Assembly (NCBI RefSeq): GCF_001447785.1
Contig: NW_015164664.1
Coordinates: forward strand, 2,464,182-2,520,853
Direction: 5' to 3'
Source of the DNA: Gekko japonicus
Taxonomy: Eukaryota
DNA length: 56,672 nucleotides
Shown: piece after piece, positions 24,701-36,503 of the stretch
How positions within the stretch are numbered: the stretch's first letter is position 1
How the letters are laid out: each line of letters begins with the position of its first letter
Made by a program: the position numbers and the translations under genes
The notes under the pieces: model-generated
Told to the model about the DNA's origin: nothing
Database searches by the model: none
Seen by the model: only the letters and a program-made list of their open reading frames with translations

Positions 24701-27700
24701 GGAAGGGGAAGGGGAAGGAGTTTGTAAGCCGCTCTGAGGCTCCCCTGGGTAGTGAAGGGCGGGGTATAAATCCAATCTCTTCTCTTCTCTCTTCTCTTTA
24801 TCAAGCAGAAGAGAAACCCAGGGCAATGAAATTGTACTGTTAAAAGTAAAATACATTGAATAATTAGCATCTGCATTCTGAAAACTGCTGGCCATGTAGG
24901 GTACTTTGCTACAAAACAGCAGCAGTGACAATGGTGGTGTGTGAACCATAGCTGAACTAGATTGTATAGGGAGCAGAGAGGCTCTGTAAATTGACCACTT
25001 TCCCTGACTTCCCCAGGCAATGCTTCTCCTGAATCCCCAAATATTTGTCAATGGCTCTGTGGCAATATTTATTCCAACTGGGAGTAGAAGGAAAGTGAGG
25101 GTGGCCAGAAGCAAATGGAGAAAGGAAGCACAGGTTGGCTTCTGCAGTTTAGGAGGCTTCCAAGGACCTTCTAGCAAACTCATCCTGCTCCAGTGAGCAA
25201 CTGAGTTCTGACAAGAACCACAATACTGAGGAACAGAGATGAGAGGCTGTCCTTCTCCAATAAACCTCTCTTCTCTTCTGCTGACTGGTCCCCCAAAGTT
25301 TGTGCCCTTTTAGTTTGTCAACCACCACCACCCTTTGCTCTTCTGCTCTCTGTTGTAGAATTGTAAGGTTCCCTTGGCAGTTAGTGAAAGCTAAAGTGAG
25401 ACAAGCCATTGCTACAGCCTTGAAAGTCTGGAGTGATGTAACACCCTTGACCTTCACAGAAGTGCACAGGGGACGAGCAGACATCATGATTGATTTCACA
25501 CGGTAAGTGATACAATTTACAAATCGTAATATACGCACACCCTCTTGTGGATTTTGGAGAAAAGCTTCAGTTCAGGAGGATGTAGATGAAGCTGGCAAAA
25601 TTATTAGCAGAAATTTGAGGACCACTTGAAGGTGTTTAGCACTTCAAAAGAAGCATCTACTGAACTATTCAAAAATTGCATAAGGGCCATGGGATGCTGC
25701 ATCTGATTTCACATGTTCTGGCCTTCATTAGGAAATGGAGGAGCAATGAGTTCCAATGGTGGCCCAAGCCCTTTGGAAACTTCCATAGTCAATCTGAATC
25801 ACTTCAGCTCGCCAGCCCTAACAATGTGTCTTCTCTCTTCTGCTCTCCTTTATCACTTTGTGCTACACAAGCTGCTTTACTCTCAGTCTCATTTCTTCTC
25901 CCATTTCTCTCCAGCAGGCAACTTCTTCCTCCTCCTGATCCACTTTGTCTGCAAGGCACACAGCCTCCCTTTGTCCTGCAGCTCCTTTCCCTACTCCAGC
26001 CATCTGCATGTTGCTATATGCTGCTATATCCTCTCTCCCTCTTTGTTTTTCTCTGATGTTAACACCTTTCTACCAGCAGTTTGTCCAGTACCCCTAAAAT
26101 GCACTTGTAACATCCCAATTTGACATACCCTTTGACTGAAATACCCCCCTCCCCAAGCCAAGTGGCACAACAAATCCTTGGTTTGGACCCACTGGGAATG
26201 AAAGGGCCTGTGTTACTTCTCGAAGTTCTATACAGTGTCAATCACACACCCAGCACTAAAAAAGGTCAGTGATTATAGAAATGTATAATTTGCCGCAGTC
26301 ACCATGTGAATGGGCATATGCTTCTCCTCCAGGTATTGGCATGGGGACAACCTGCCTTTTGATGGCCCTGGGGGAATCCTGGCACATGCCTTCTTCCCAA
26401 AAACCCACCGGGAGGGAGATGTCCATTTTGACTATGATGAAACGTGGAGCATTGGGAATAACTTGGGTATGTTGTACGTTGTAACCAATGATCTAACAGG
26501 AGCCTCTATAAATGCAATCAGAATACAGAAAACATAGTCAAATATCAGGAAAAGGTCATGGTTGGGGCATGAACTGAAACTGGGCAAAGGCACTACATGC
26601 CACAGAAGAAACCCAGGCCTCCATCTGTAGATTTGGTCTAAAGGCACCCTCAAGCTACAAACCTACTCTTCGAGAAGGTCTGCAAACCCATCTGGAACAG
26701 TCTGACATCTTAATACCTGGTTCACTTTGTCATTAATCAATAGCACCTCAACCTTCTCTGGATTAAGCTTCTGTTTACTGACCTTAATCTAGCCCATCAC
26801 TGCCTCTAAGACACTCAGGCAGATGTCCCCTGACCCACCCAATTTTGATGACGGGGGAAGTAGAGTTAAACGCCATCAATGACACTTTATTCAAACCTTA
26901 GGCAACTTCTCCTATCAGATTCATGAACTACATGACTACATAGCACAAATGTCATGGACTTAAATAATGCCTTCCTTTTTCTTCACCTTACAGGGACTGA
27001 CCTTCTACAGGTGGCTGCTCATGAATTTGGCCATGTTCTGGGTTTGCAGCATACAGCAGTGTCCAAGTCCCTGATGTCTCCTTTCTACTTCTTCCGATAC
27101 CCACTGAAGCTGAGTGAGGATGACAAGCAAGGCATCCAGTATCTCTATGGGAAGCCAAAATCCGAAATGAATATTGGCCTAGATCATGAGGAGAAGCCTT
27201 ACCAGCCAGATATTGAAACCAATGAGATCATCAATGTGCAGGTAAGCATCTTTGGCACATTGCTTCCAGAGGGGTATTTCCTGCTTACACAGACCTTAAG
27301 AAGAATACTACCATAGCACCAAGACTACTGTAGCCACATAATTCAGGTACAGAATGTCTCAACTTCCTTCCTCTTTGAGGTTCACCAGAGCATCATAACA
27401 ATGCTTAAGACCGAGGTCTGGGCTGAGGCTGGGGTGTCAAGAATTAGGCTGGTTAAGGGTTACTTTACTAGAAGTATTTTTAATTTCAATTTTCAAAAAA
27501 AATTAATCTGCTTTTTGGATAGGTTAGCCAACCAATGTTCTCAGAATAGGGTGGAATAGCAGTGTGAATTAAATGAATGCCTGTGATTCTCTCAGTCTAC
27601 ACAGCCTGATGCTTGTGATACAGATTTCGATGCAGTCTCCATGATCCGTGGGGAGCTGTTTTTTTTCAAGTCACACTACGTTTGGCGGCTCCGGAATGGC

Positions 27701-30700
27701 AAGCTCCAGGCTGGCTATCCAGCCCTAGCATCTCGACACTGGCAGGGAATCCCGTCTTCTGTAGATGCAGCCTTTGAAGATTCTCTTGGTAACATCTGGT
27801 TCTTTCAAGGTAAAGAAAACACAGACAGCATAGAACAATCCATCTGTTCCAAAAAAATCCCGGAGCAAACCACAATTTCTGTTTTAATCAAAATAGATTT
27901 AATCAGGCAAGGTTACTGACTGGCACCATCTGTGGCCAGTCCTATAGTTCCCTGTACATGTGTACATATACTTCTTCTCACATAAACAGACACAGAATTC
28001 TACATTCCCCCTGCTGGTACATAAGCACTAAGAAAGCTATTTGCTGGCCCCAATAGGCCCTTGGATTAGGCCTGATAGGGAAATTACAAATTTTAGCTGG
28101 GTTCATGGAAGGGGTCCAAATCACTACTAACAACTGGAGTAGAAACTCTTTTCTTTGACCATGATCACAGAAGGCATTTATTCCTAAGAAAGTTCAAGAT
28201 GCTGACACTCTTACATTGCTCACTTTTGATACTTATAGCAGGTTTTACATCACAAGAAGGCAGTAACATATAGCCAATCAATGCATGCCTACTCAACACT
28301 ACATTAACCAACAGAAAAGCAATCTGTATTTCCTTCTTAACATACTTTTATTAATACTACTGCCTTATCTATGGTACACTACAAACACAATACAAACTGC
28401 TAACTACTATAGTTTAAGAAAATATGATCTGTGTTAAAGATTAGTTTAGGTTAGTTTGACCTATGAGGCAAGGAATGCAGACTTTTGGAGATTTCAGCAA
28501 AAAGCACAGTTAGCTTATTTACCTGGCCTTCACTGACATGGCTACACTGTGGCTCATTGAAATTTCACCTCTTCCCCCTCCACCCAGCCTATTAATCTAC
28601 ATACTCAAAGACAATGTTCTGTTTTGTGGGCCAGAACCCACTTTATCAGGCCCATGAACTGGAACCTTAGCTGCCTGGTTTTTATGGCCAGAATAAAGAT
28701 GAAAGAGTCTCTCAGAGGCTAGGAGTCTGCAATTCAACAACCGAATTTGACAAGGATTGTATGCAATATAGTACAAAGTAATTTCACATACCTTACATAA
28801 AAACATAAGAGAAGTCATGTTGGATCAGGCCAATGGCCCATCCAATTGAACATTCTGTGTCATACAGTGGCAAAAACCCAGATGCCATCCGGAGATCCAC
28901 CAGCAGGGCCAGAACTCCAGAAGCCCTCCCACTATTGCCTCCCCCCAAACACCAAGACTACAGAGCATCACTACCCCAGACATAGTGTTCCATCTATAAA
29001 AAGGTAAAGGTTTCCCTTGCTCGAAAGCTAGTCAAATCAGACTCTAGGGGGCAGTGCCTATCTTCATTTCCAAGCCGAACAGCCAGCGTTGTCCGAAGAT
29101 GTTTCCATGGTCACGTGGTCAGCATGACTAAATGCTGAAGCACACAGAACAATGCTACCTTCCCACCGAAGCGGTACCTATTTATCTACTTGCAATTTCT
29201 TTTTTCTAATTGCAATTTCTATTTATCTACTTGCAATTTCGAACAGCTAAGTTGGCAGGAGCTGGAACTAGAGACGGGAGCTCACTCCGTCACGTGGCAC
29301 TAGGGTCTCAAACTTTAAGTCTGCAGCTCAGTGTCTTAACTTCTGAGACACCCTTATGGTGTTTCCGGGCGCGATCTCACCGCCACACCTGGGAAGCGTA
29401 GAGCTCCTGTGGCTCACCTGAGGCTTCCCGCCGAAGACGCGTGGTAAGGGCGGAAAACGCGGGGCAAGGGTGGGCGTCTGATCGCGTTTCCGGTGGCATC
29501 CGGCGCCCACCCATGCCCCATTGCAAAAAGGGGGGGAGGGTTTCGAAGTCTCCAACGGGGCATGCGCATACTTCAGGTTAAAAAAAAAGAACACAACCCC
29601 GTTTGCCGTGCTGTGCCGCTTCTTTGGCGCGTCGTGTGATCGGCACCTCCCCCCTAACCACGGGACCTCAATGGGACCACGAGGGGACGCCTGATCGCGC
29701 AGTCACGCGTTATTTCGCTGCGGGGCAAACAGCCACGCCTCCCCCCCGTGATATCCGGCCCATGTGACTGGGGCCAATATCTTTTTTGAGGTGCGGTGAC
29801 CAGAACTGTACATAGCATTCCAAATGATGCCGCACCATAGATTTATACAGGGACATTATGATACTGGCAGAATTGTTTTCAATCCCCTTCCTAATCCCCA
29901 GCATAGAATTTGCTTTTCTTACTGCAGTTACACACTGAATCCACATTTTCAGTGAGTTTACCATGACTCCATGATCTTCCTCCTGGTCAGTTACTGCCAG
30001 TTCAGACCCCATCAATGTATATTTATAGTTAGGATTTTTGGCTCCAATTTGCATTACTTTGAACTTGCCCACATTGAACTTCATTTGCCATGTAGATGCC
30101 CACTCACATAGCCTTGACAGACCCCTCTGGAGCGCCTCACAGTCCTCCCTGGTTCTCACCACCCTGAACAACTTAGTGTCATCTGCAAAGTTAGCCACTT
30201 CACTGCTTTCTCCCAACTCCAAATCATTAATGAACAAGTTAAAAAGCACTGCACCTAGTACTGAGCCCTGCAGTACCCCACTGCTTACCCCCACTGTGAA
30301 AACTGCCCATTTATACACACACTGTTTCCTGTTAATTGACCAGTTTTTAATCCACAAGAAGACTTGTCTTCTCATCCCATGACTGCTGAGTTTACTTAGG
30401 AGACTTTGACGAGGAACTTTATCAAAAGCTTTCTGGAAGTCTAGGTAAACAACATCTACTGGGTCACCTCACTTGAACACATATTGACCTTCTCTCTCAC
30501 ACACACACATGAACAAACACATACTATGTATACCACCCTCATCTCAGCCCATGCCTATTGATTCTGTCATGGACCAACTAGTTGTGCACTTGGTTTGGGG
30601 TGGAAGTGTGATCAATGGCTGTAAATCAGAAAGAGAAAGGGTAAGCTGCTGTGTGCCAAGACTGGGCACTAGTTTGACAGAAGTGTCTACTCTGAATGTT

Positions 30701-32099
30701 GCACATGCACTACCTCCCCTCCTCCCTCAAGGCAAGGTCAAAGATTGCATGGATGCAAGCTTGCAGCGTATGGCCTGCCAGCCACCAGAAGAGAGTGGTA
30801 TGTGCTGCACCTCCTTCACATCCCATCCCAGTCTAGGATGCCAAATGATGCCAAGAGTTCTCACTCACAGTGGGGCAGTTCCTGGAGGAGTCCAAAAGAG
30901 TGAAGAGGGCCAGGTCTCCATGGGCCAGCATCCTGTAGCCACAGGCCTAGTTCAATCATAGGTAATATTTTCAAACTGGTGACCTACTTTTCATCAGCTA
31001 ACAAACTGTTTTCAATCACCTTCTAAGTGCTTTTTTCCCCCTTTCATCCTTGCCAGGTGCTAACTACTGGATTTATGATGGTGAGAGGCTCGTTTCCGGC
31101 CCTTTGCCTATCACAGAACTGGGCCTTTCTTCTTCTCCTGTCCAAGCAGCCTTACTCTGGGGGACAGAAAAGAACAAGATTTATTTTTTCAAGGGAGGCA
31201 GCTATTGGCGATTCAGTCCCAGCACTAATCAGGTGGACAATACCTCCCCACGCAGAATGACTGACTGGCGGGGAGTTCCTCAGGACATTGATGCTGCTTT
31301 TCAGGATGAGTTTGGTGAGTACAGATAGGAGCAGTGCCTGCTTTAGAGGAGAGCGAATGGGCATTAAGGAATCAACAGATCAGAAGGACCAATAGGTCCC
31401 CTTGTCCAGTCACTTAATTTCTCAAACATAATCACCAGGTCTTCTGATGCTACCACTTACTGTATCTGCCTTGGCATTTGCTACTCTGAATGGCATATAG
31501 AACAAGAACCCGAGGGGGGGGTCCAAGATAGCCATTGTGAGTGCCTTGTCCCCACCCCCAGTTCTTCCTAGTACTTTTTTCTTGTCCCATATGACAGAAC
31601 ATCATGGTCACAGGGCATAGGCAGGGGTAGGAGTGGCAGAGAGGTAAAACCTCCTAATTTGCATTATTTGGAGTTCAATATCTGTTTTTAGCAGTGTTAG
31701 TATAAATATAAACCAGTCGTGAGCATCTGAATAGTTCTCAGCCACCCCATCTCCTTGTAGCCGTTTGGGGCCCAACAATGAGTTGGGCTGATAACTATGA
31801 TTATAAAGGGCCGCTCATTTACTAGCAAAAATGCAACATGGGAAACAGCTCTCAGCTCACCAAGAGTTGTAACAGCAAAAATGTACATTGAGTCAGTGAG
31901 AACATTCAAGATTGCTGCCATTGCTCCTATTTTTCTGACTTTTTTTTTTGCTGTTACATCCACAGGGTTTGCCTACTTCCTGAAAGGTTGGCAGTACTGG
32001 AAGTTTGACCCCATTCATGTGAAAGTGCTCGATGGCTACCCACGAATCATCAGCCATGATTTTTTTAGCTGTGTATCTTCCCCTAACTCTTTCAGATAG
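9164..32099 (+). CDS. MMP11: Matrix metalloproteinase-11 (stromelysin-3), 499 aa: join(9164-9298,21241-21482,25359-25502,26333-26466,26994-27241,27605-27809,31057-31314,31966-32099)
   Basis: Signal peptide, cysteine switch PRCGVPD, furin site RNRQKR, zinc motif [11 protein letters not shown], Met-turn LMSPFY and hemopexin repeats. All introns are GT-AG with matching phases (1500 nt total). The gene order MMP11-SMARCB1-DERL3 is as in human. Confidence 0.95.
9742..10157. other. Assembly gap in MMP11 intron 1
   Basis: Run of N. Confidence 1.
11535..11735 (+). mobile_element. 5S rRNA-derived SINE
   Basis: 5S-like head (ctgatctcatcagacctctgaagctaagcagggtc...gggagacctccaaggaatacc) followed by a non-5S body. 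A related copy lies at 42355-42569. Confidence 0.75.
15270..15960 (+). mobile_element. Degraded L2 LINE 3' fragment with internal tandem duplications
   Basis: L2-like 3' sequence, a 99-bp tandem pair (15759-15857 and 15858-15956) and a ~60-bp pair (~15380 and ~15449). Confidence 0.55.
16545..16700 (+). mobile_element. Squam3-like (tRNA/L2-tail) SINE, 3' part
   Basis: Closely similar to 24640-24798 (ctcagccccacctacctcac...gggcggggtataaatccaatctc). Confidence 0.75.
19301..19655 (-). mobile_element. Sauria SINE, full length
   Basis: tRNA-like head, core and (ACCTTT)n tail; TSD aatcaatacaaa (19292-19303, 19657-19668). Confidence 0.92.
21241..21482 (+). CDS. MMP11: MMP11 exon 2 (propeptide)
   Basis: tttttag|GGT...; PRCGVPD; RNRQKR; AA|gtaagg. 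Confidence 0.93.
21878..21965. mobile_element. Short palindromic MITE-like repeat
   Basis: cagtgcaatcctaa...ttaggattgcactg. Diverged relatives at ~6955-7030, ~17150-17237 and ~33028-33111. Confidence 0.6.
22890..23150. mobile_element. Penelope-like element remnant (inverted pseudo-LTR pair) with degenerate hammerhead motifs
   Basis: Inverted copies of catct...gaaagcttatgctg(g/a)aataaattttgtt; the 3' part is tandemly re-duplicated at ~23202-23290. Confidence 0.65.
24025..24294 (-). mobile_element. Squam3-like SINE, full length
   Basis: tRNA-like head tttggtgtagtggttaagtg and (tct)n tail on the minus strand. Confidence 0.85.
24512..24798 (+). mobile_element. Squam3-like SINE, full length
   Basis: ccagtttggtgtagtggttaagtgtg...ggtataaatccaatctcttctcttct; inverted partner of 24025-24294. 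Confidence 0.85.
25359..25502 (+). CDS. MMP11: MMP11 exon 3
   Basis: IVRFPWQL...[13 protein letters not shown]...DIMIDFT; tag|A and CG|gtaagt. Confidence 0.95.
26333..26466 (+). CDS. MMP11: MMP11 exon 4
   Basis: [38 protein letters not shown]. Confidence 0.95.
26994..27241 (+). CDS. MMP11: MMP11 exon 5 (catalytic zinc site)
   Basis: [11 protein letters not shown] and Met-turn; cag|GG and CAG|gtaagc. Confidence 0.95.
27605..27809 (+). CDS. MMP11: MMP11 exon 6 (hemopexin); possible alternative acceptor at 27596
   Basis: [22 protein letters not shown]...DAAFED...WFFQ; G|gtaaag. Confidence 0.9.
28999..29345 (-). mobile_element. Sauria SINE nested in CR1
   Basis: Same core and aaaggtaaagg tail as 19301-19655. 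Confidence 0.85.
29358..29775. mobile_element. CpG-rich Harbinger-like non-autonomous DNA element, left end missing, nested in CR1
   Basis: The right end catgtgactggggcc followed by aat resembles the TIR and TSD of the 396-545 MITE. Both share the internal motif ccgggcgcgatc...ctgggaagcgtag. Confidence 0.55.
31057..31314 (+). CDS. MMP11: MMP11 exon 7
   Basis: [10 protein letters not shown]...[15 protein letters not shown]...DAAFQDEF; G|gtgagt. Confidence 0.95.
31966..32099 (+). CDS. MMP11: MMP11 exon 8 (terminal)
   Basis: [15 protein letters not shown]...[13 protein letters not shown]. Confidence 0.95.
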
Positions 32100-32732
32100 A
32101 GTGACAGAGACAAGCCGTCCTCTTCAGCCAAGATCATCATTTCGGTCTGGAGAAAAGCTGCACTTTTAGGCCACTACACTGACACAAGCTGAAATGATTT
32201 GCAATGGCCATCTACCTAAATTCACACCTTCTCAAATCCAACAGAGTTCCAAGCACAAGGTTGTTTGGGGGGGGGGGGTTGGCATTACAATCTAAAAGAT
32301 GGCCATGCCCTTGATTTTTACTTTGTGATGCCAGTCATAGCCACAGAGTAAAACTAGGTGCCTTCTGTCACCTCTCGACAGTTATCTACAGTTGCAGAGT
32401 GCCACAGCTTGAGAACTTTTTTTTGTTTAGTATTCCTCCACAGAGAGTTGCATTTCTGAGAACTGATTTTACTGACTATCCTCTCCTTGGTACCTGTCAA
32501 GGAACTGTTGACCACTTATTACTGGCTGATAAATTTGGACTCCCAAATAGACCCCATAAGCATTAATGGGGAAAGGGGAGGAATAAGATGCGTTTCAGTA
32601 TCATGTTTCAGGTGTACTCTTACTTTTCTCTTTGCATTGTATTTTACTAGGAAACATTACATTTTTTTTTAAATGTAGCTCTCCAGAATTATTGTACTTG
32701 TGTATATTTTTTAACAAAAGTACTAGGGTTCT

Positions 32733-32914
32733 TGGGAAAGATTGAAGGTCAAAGAAGACGGGGACGGCAAAGGATGAGATGGTTAGACAGTGTCATAGAT
32801 GCAATGAACATGAAATTGAGCAAACTTCAGAGGACGGCGGAAAACAGGAGGGCCCGGCGAGATCTTGTCCATGGGGTCGCGAAGAGTCAGACTCGACTGT
32901 GCGACTGAACAACA
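32733..32914 (+). mobile_element. BovB/RTE LINE 3' end
   Basis: gggaaagattgaagg...aggatgagatggttaga...gtccatggggtcgcgaagagtcagactcgact...(aac)n tail; 11-bp TSD actagggttct (32722-32732, 32915-32925). Confidence 0.85.
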
Positions 32915-33793
32915 ACTAGGGTTCTGTGATCCACTCTGCCCTGAATGGTGCATCTAAGATGGCAACAGCATACTAACTGGCTGATCAAACTAGTTAACTA
33001 GTAAGTAGTTCAGCTTAGTAAGAAATTAATCCAAAGCAGACTTACACCCTTCTAAAACCCGCTGACTTCAACTACCTTAGAAGTGTGTAATTCTGTTTAG
33101 GACCTCACTGTCAGCTGACCAATCAATACAAATGGAAAACTTTCTTCTTCCAATGTACCCTGCTTTTTGTCTTGCCATCAATCACTTCCCATATTAGGAA
33201 ACAAGTGTCCTATATGAGGTTCCGCTGAGTGCCCACAAGGATTTAGGGAGCAGGTCCCTGCTGCTCAGACCAGGATGGCCTTTCCCCCCAGTGGAGACCT
33301 AAAGTGGCTTACAACACTATTCCCTTCTCCGTTTTATCCTCCAAACAACCCTTTGAAGTAGGTTAGGCTGAGACTAAGTGCGAGTGGGTGACTGGCCCAA
33401 GTTCACTCAACAAGCTTCCATGTCAGAGTACAGATCTGAACCTGGGTTTCCCATATCCTAGTCTAACACTCTAACCATTATCCCACACTGGCTCTCACAC
33501 CATGTTTGCAGGATTTCTGCACCATTTTTGCATAAAGGCATTTTTTTGTTCTTTTTTGGGGGGTTGCATGAAGCCGTTTCTGCATGAAGCCCTACAACGT
33601 TTTTTTAAAAAAAGGGCCAAACACTGGAAAACAGCTGAGCTACTTATATTTATCTAGAACATTTCTGTGCTGCCTTCCCACCCACACAGGGTCCCCCAAA
33701 GCAATGAACATCAAACCATTAAAATGTTTAAATATGAAAACATTTAAAATAAAGTAGATATAAAATAATTTAATACAAACATATAAGCACACA

Positions 33794-34138
33794 CGGTGGC
33801 TCAAGTGGTTAAGACGCTGAACTGCAGGCTGTGGAAGGTCAGTAGTTCAGCAGTTCAAGACCCGGGTGCCACATGACAGAGTGAGCTTCGTCTCTAGTTC
33901 CAGCTCCTGCCAACCTAGCAGTTCGAAGGCAAGACATTGCAAGTAGATAAATAGGTACCACTTCGGTGGGAAGGTAACAGCGTTCCGTGCGCCTTGGTGT
34001 TTAGTCATGCCGGCCACATGACCACGGAAATGTCTTCGGACAGCGCTGGCTCTTCGGCTTTGAAACGAAGATGAGCACCGCAACCCTAGAGTCTGATTCA
34101 ACTGGCTTTCGAGCAAGGGAACCTTTACCTTTACCTTT
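33794..34138 (+). mobile_element. Sauria SINE, near full length
   Basis: Head cggtggctcaagtggttaagacgctg, core and (ACCTTT)3 tail. Confidence 0.9.
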
Positions 34139-36285
34139 AATACCAAAACAATGGGGAGGGCCAGTAATAGTTATTGTGGAAATGCCAAACAAAAAAAGTC
34201 ATCACCCACTGCCAGAAGACAACAATAGCGGGAGACAGATGAATCTCCCTGGGGAGGGAGTTCCACAGTTTCAGTGCAACAACTGAGAAGGCCCTTCCTC
34301 AGATTACCACCCATCTAGCCTCAGATGATGGGGGCACCCAAAAAAGGGCCTCCAAAGATGAGCGGAGTGGACAGGTAGGGAGAAGTCAGTCCTCAAGATA
34401 TGCTTGCCATGAGCTGTACAGGGCTTTAGAGGTCAGTACCACAGGTCAGTATAGGCAACTGGAGGAGTCTGAAGCAGACACAAATCTCCAGGACTGAGAA
34501 AACTGACAAGCAAAACCACAGGGAAGAAGGGAAAAGGATATTGAAGTTGCAAAGTCTACAAGCTGACTGCATCAGATGGAAGAAAAAATCATAGATAAGG
34601 TGCCTGCATCAGGAAACTGGCAGTTAATAAAAATGAAAACCGTGCAAGAATATAACAAGGATAAATGAAAGATTTGAATGTCAGTGCTAATGCAGAAGGA
34701 CTTTGAGGAATACTTATGTTCTTAATACAAAGCAAAAACTGTTGATAGCACTGTAAACAATTTAGAAAAGAAACAGCAGCTTATTAACTGAATATAATGC
34801 ATACATTGAAATAAATAACTTTATATTAGAACTGGGAGAAATGATTGCACAGTCACAAAAATAATATAAGGAAAAATTTACAGCTAATCAGAGTTCACCA
34901 GCAGCAAGCTATAAATTATTATTTATTTATTTATTATTCGCATTTCTATCCCGCCCTCCCCGGAGGCTCAGGGCGGCTTACAGGGCATAAACCCTTAACG
35001 AGACACCCATAACCCATATGGCACCCCCAGGAAGCATGGGGAGCTGCTGGTCTCTCTGTTTCTGGTTTCATGTTGCATATGCAGAAGATCAAAGTACAAC
35101 TGGTCCACTTTCTAATTTGAGCCCAAATACACAGTAAAATATTGCAGCAGTTAGAGTGCTGGAGTAGGATCTGGAAGACCCAGGTTCAAATCCCCACTGT
35201 GCCACAAAATTCACTGGATGACCCTGGGCCAGCCTCTCTCAGCCTAACCTACCTCACAGGATTGCTGTGAAGGTAAAAGGAGAAAACAATCTATGCTGCC
35301 CTGAGCTTCTTAGAGAAAGGATGGGATAATAATGTACTAAATAAGTAAGCAGCCTTTCCTTCCACCACCTCTCCTACGTTTAAACCCAGTTTTAAAGAAG
35401 ACAACAGTACTATACAACAGTACTATGGGATTTTTTTAAACTTAAGTGGTGAAACACTTTTGCAAGCTTGGAAGGAATATTAAGATTTGGATAAACTGAA
35501 ACCAGAAATAAAGTTTAAGGGAAATAATACAAATATTTGGGCTCAAGAAGTCAAAGTAAGATCGTGCATCCCAGTGCCTACTAAAAAAGCCAGTCACTCC
35601 AAGCACCCCATGTTCTGCAAGTCATTACACTTGAAAAGGAACACCAGGCCAAAAGGGTAAGGTAAGCAACAAAGCAACGACACAAGCTACTTAAAAGTCC
35701 AAGCAGCAATCCAGATGTTTGGATGTAATCCAGCAGGTAAAATCCAAGTTTTCTCATAGTAGATAGGGGCAAAAGCAGCCACAGAAATATAGGTGGCTTT
35801 GTGCCAGGCAAAATCCAGCACACAATTTAGTGATGAATTCTATCCCTTGTTAAAGGATAAGCTGCTGAGTTCAAAAACAAAAGATTATTTTATTTCCAGG
35901 CTTGGAAAGAGGGGAGCTGGCCAGGGGGGTCAGATTTGTTACCTGATTGGATAAGAGGGCGGTTCAGGATTTTAAGAACACATACAAACAGAATTGGAAG
36001 ATATCTAAGTGGGCAGAGGTGTATGTTTGCAGAACACCATAGCAGCAGAAAAGCATAATTTGTCCTGCAATTCAAACTGCCTAAAATTGGGTTACTGAAA
36101 TCAATCCAAGAAAGAACATGGGTCAGAATTCTTTCTTCAATGACTGCTAATGAGGCAGGTTCTTGTTCGTGGCTTGAGGCACAGGATTGATCACTGGGGT
36201 CCTTGAATAAAAATCTAAGTACCAGACTCCAGAGATAAGACTCCTATGCGTGACAGCTATTCTACTCCAGTTGGCACAAAGAGAA

Positions 36286-36503
36286 GGGCTGCCAATTCTG
36301 GGAAAACAAATTCCTGGCAATTTGGGGGTGAAGCCAATGGATGGGCACAGTTTAGGGAGGGGAGGCAGTTCTGCAGAGATAGTATGCCATTAAGTCCACC
36401 ATCCTAAACAGTCATTTTCTCCAGGAGACTTAATCTCTATAGGACGGAGAACAATCAGACTTCCCGGAGAATTCCAGGCCCCATCTGCTGGTCGACAACC
36501 TTA
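36286..36503. mobile_element. Degraded hAT-like MITE
   Basis: Ends agggctgcca and tcgacaacctta resemble TAGGGTTGCCA-type TIRs. Confidence 0.5.

Larger units (their letters stand above)
28800..30470 (-). mobile_element. CR1 LINE, 5'-truncated, with RT remnants, interrupted by nested insertions
   Basis: ORF 29710-30375 encodes CR1-type RT ([52 protein letters not shown]). The CR1 3' UTR ends in cttatgttt at ~28800. Confidence 0.9.

Noticed and set aside
24572-25183. 203-aa minus-strand ORF sharing [14 protein letters not shown] with ORF 24007-24369
   Set aside because: The similarity comes from the inverted SINE pair; there is no coding evidence.
29710-30375. 221-aa RT-like ORF as a functional gene
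   Set aside because: A truncated, interrupted CR1 ORF2 fragment.
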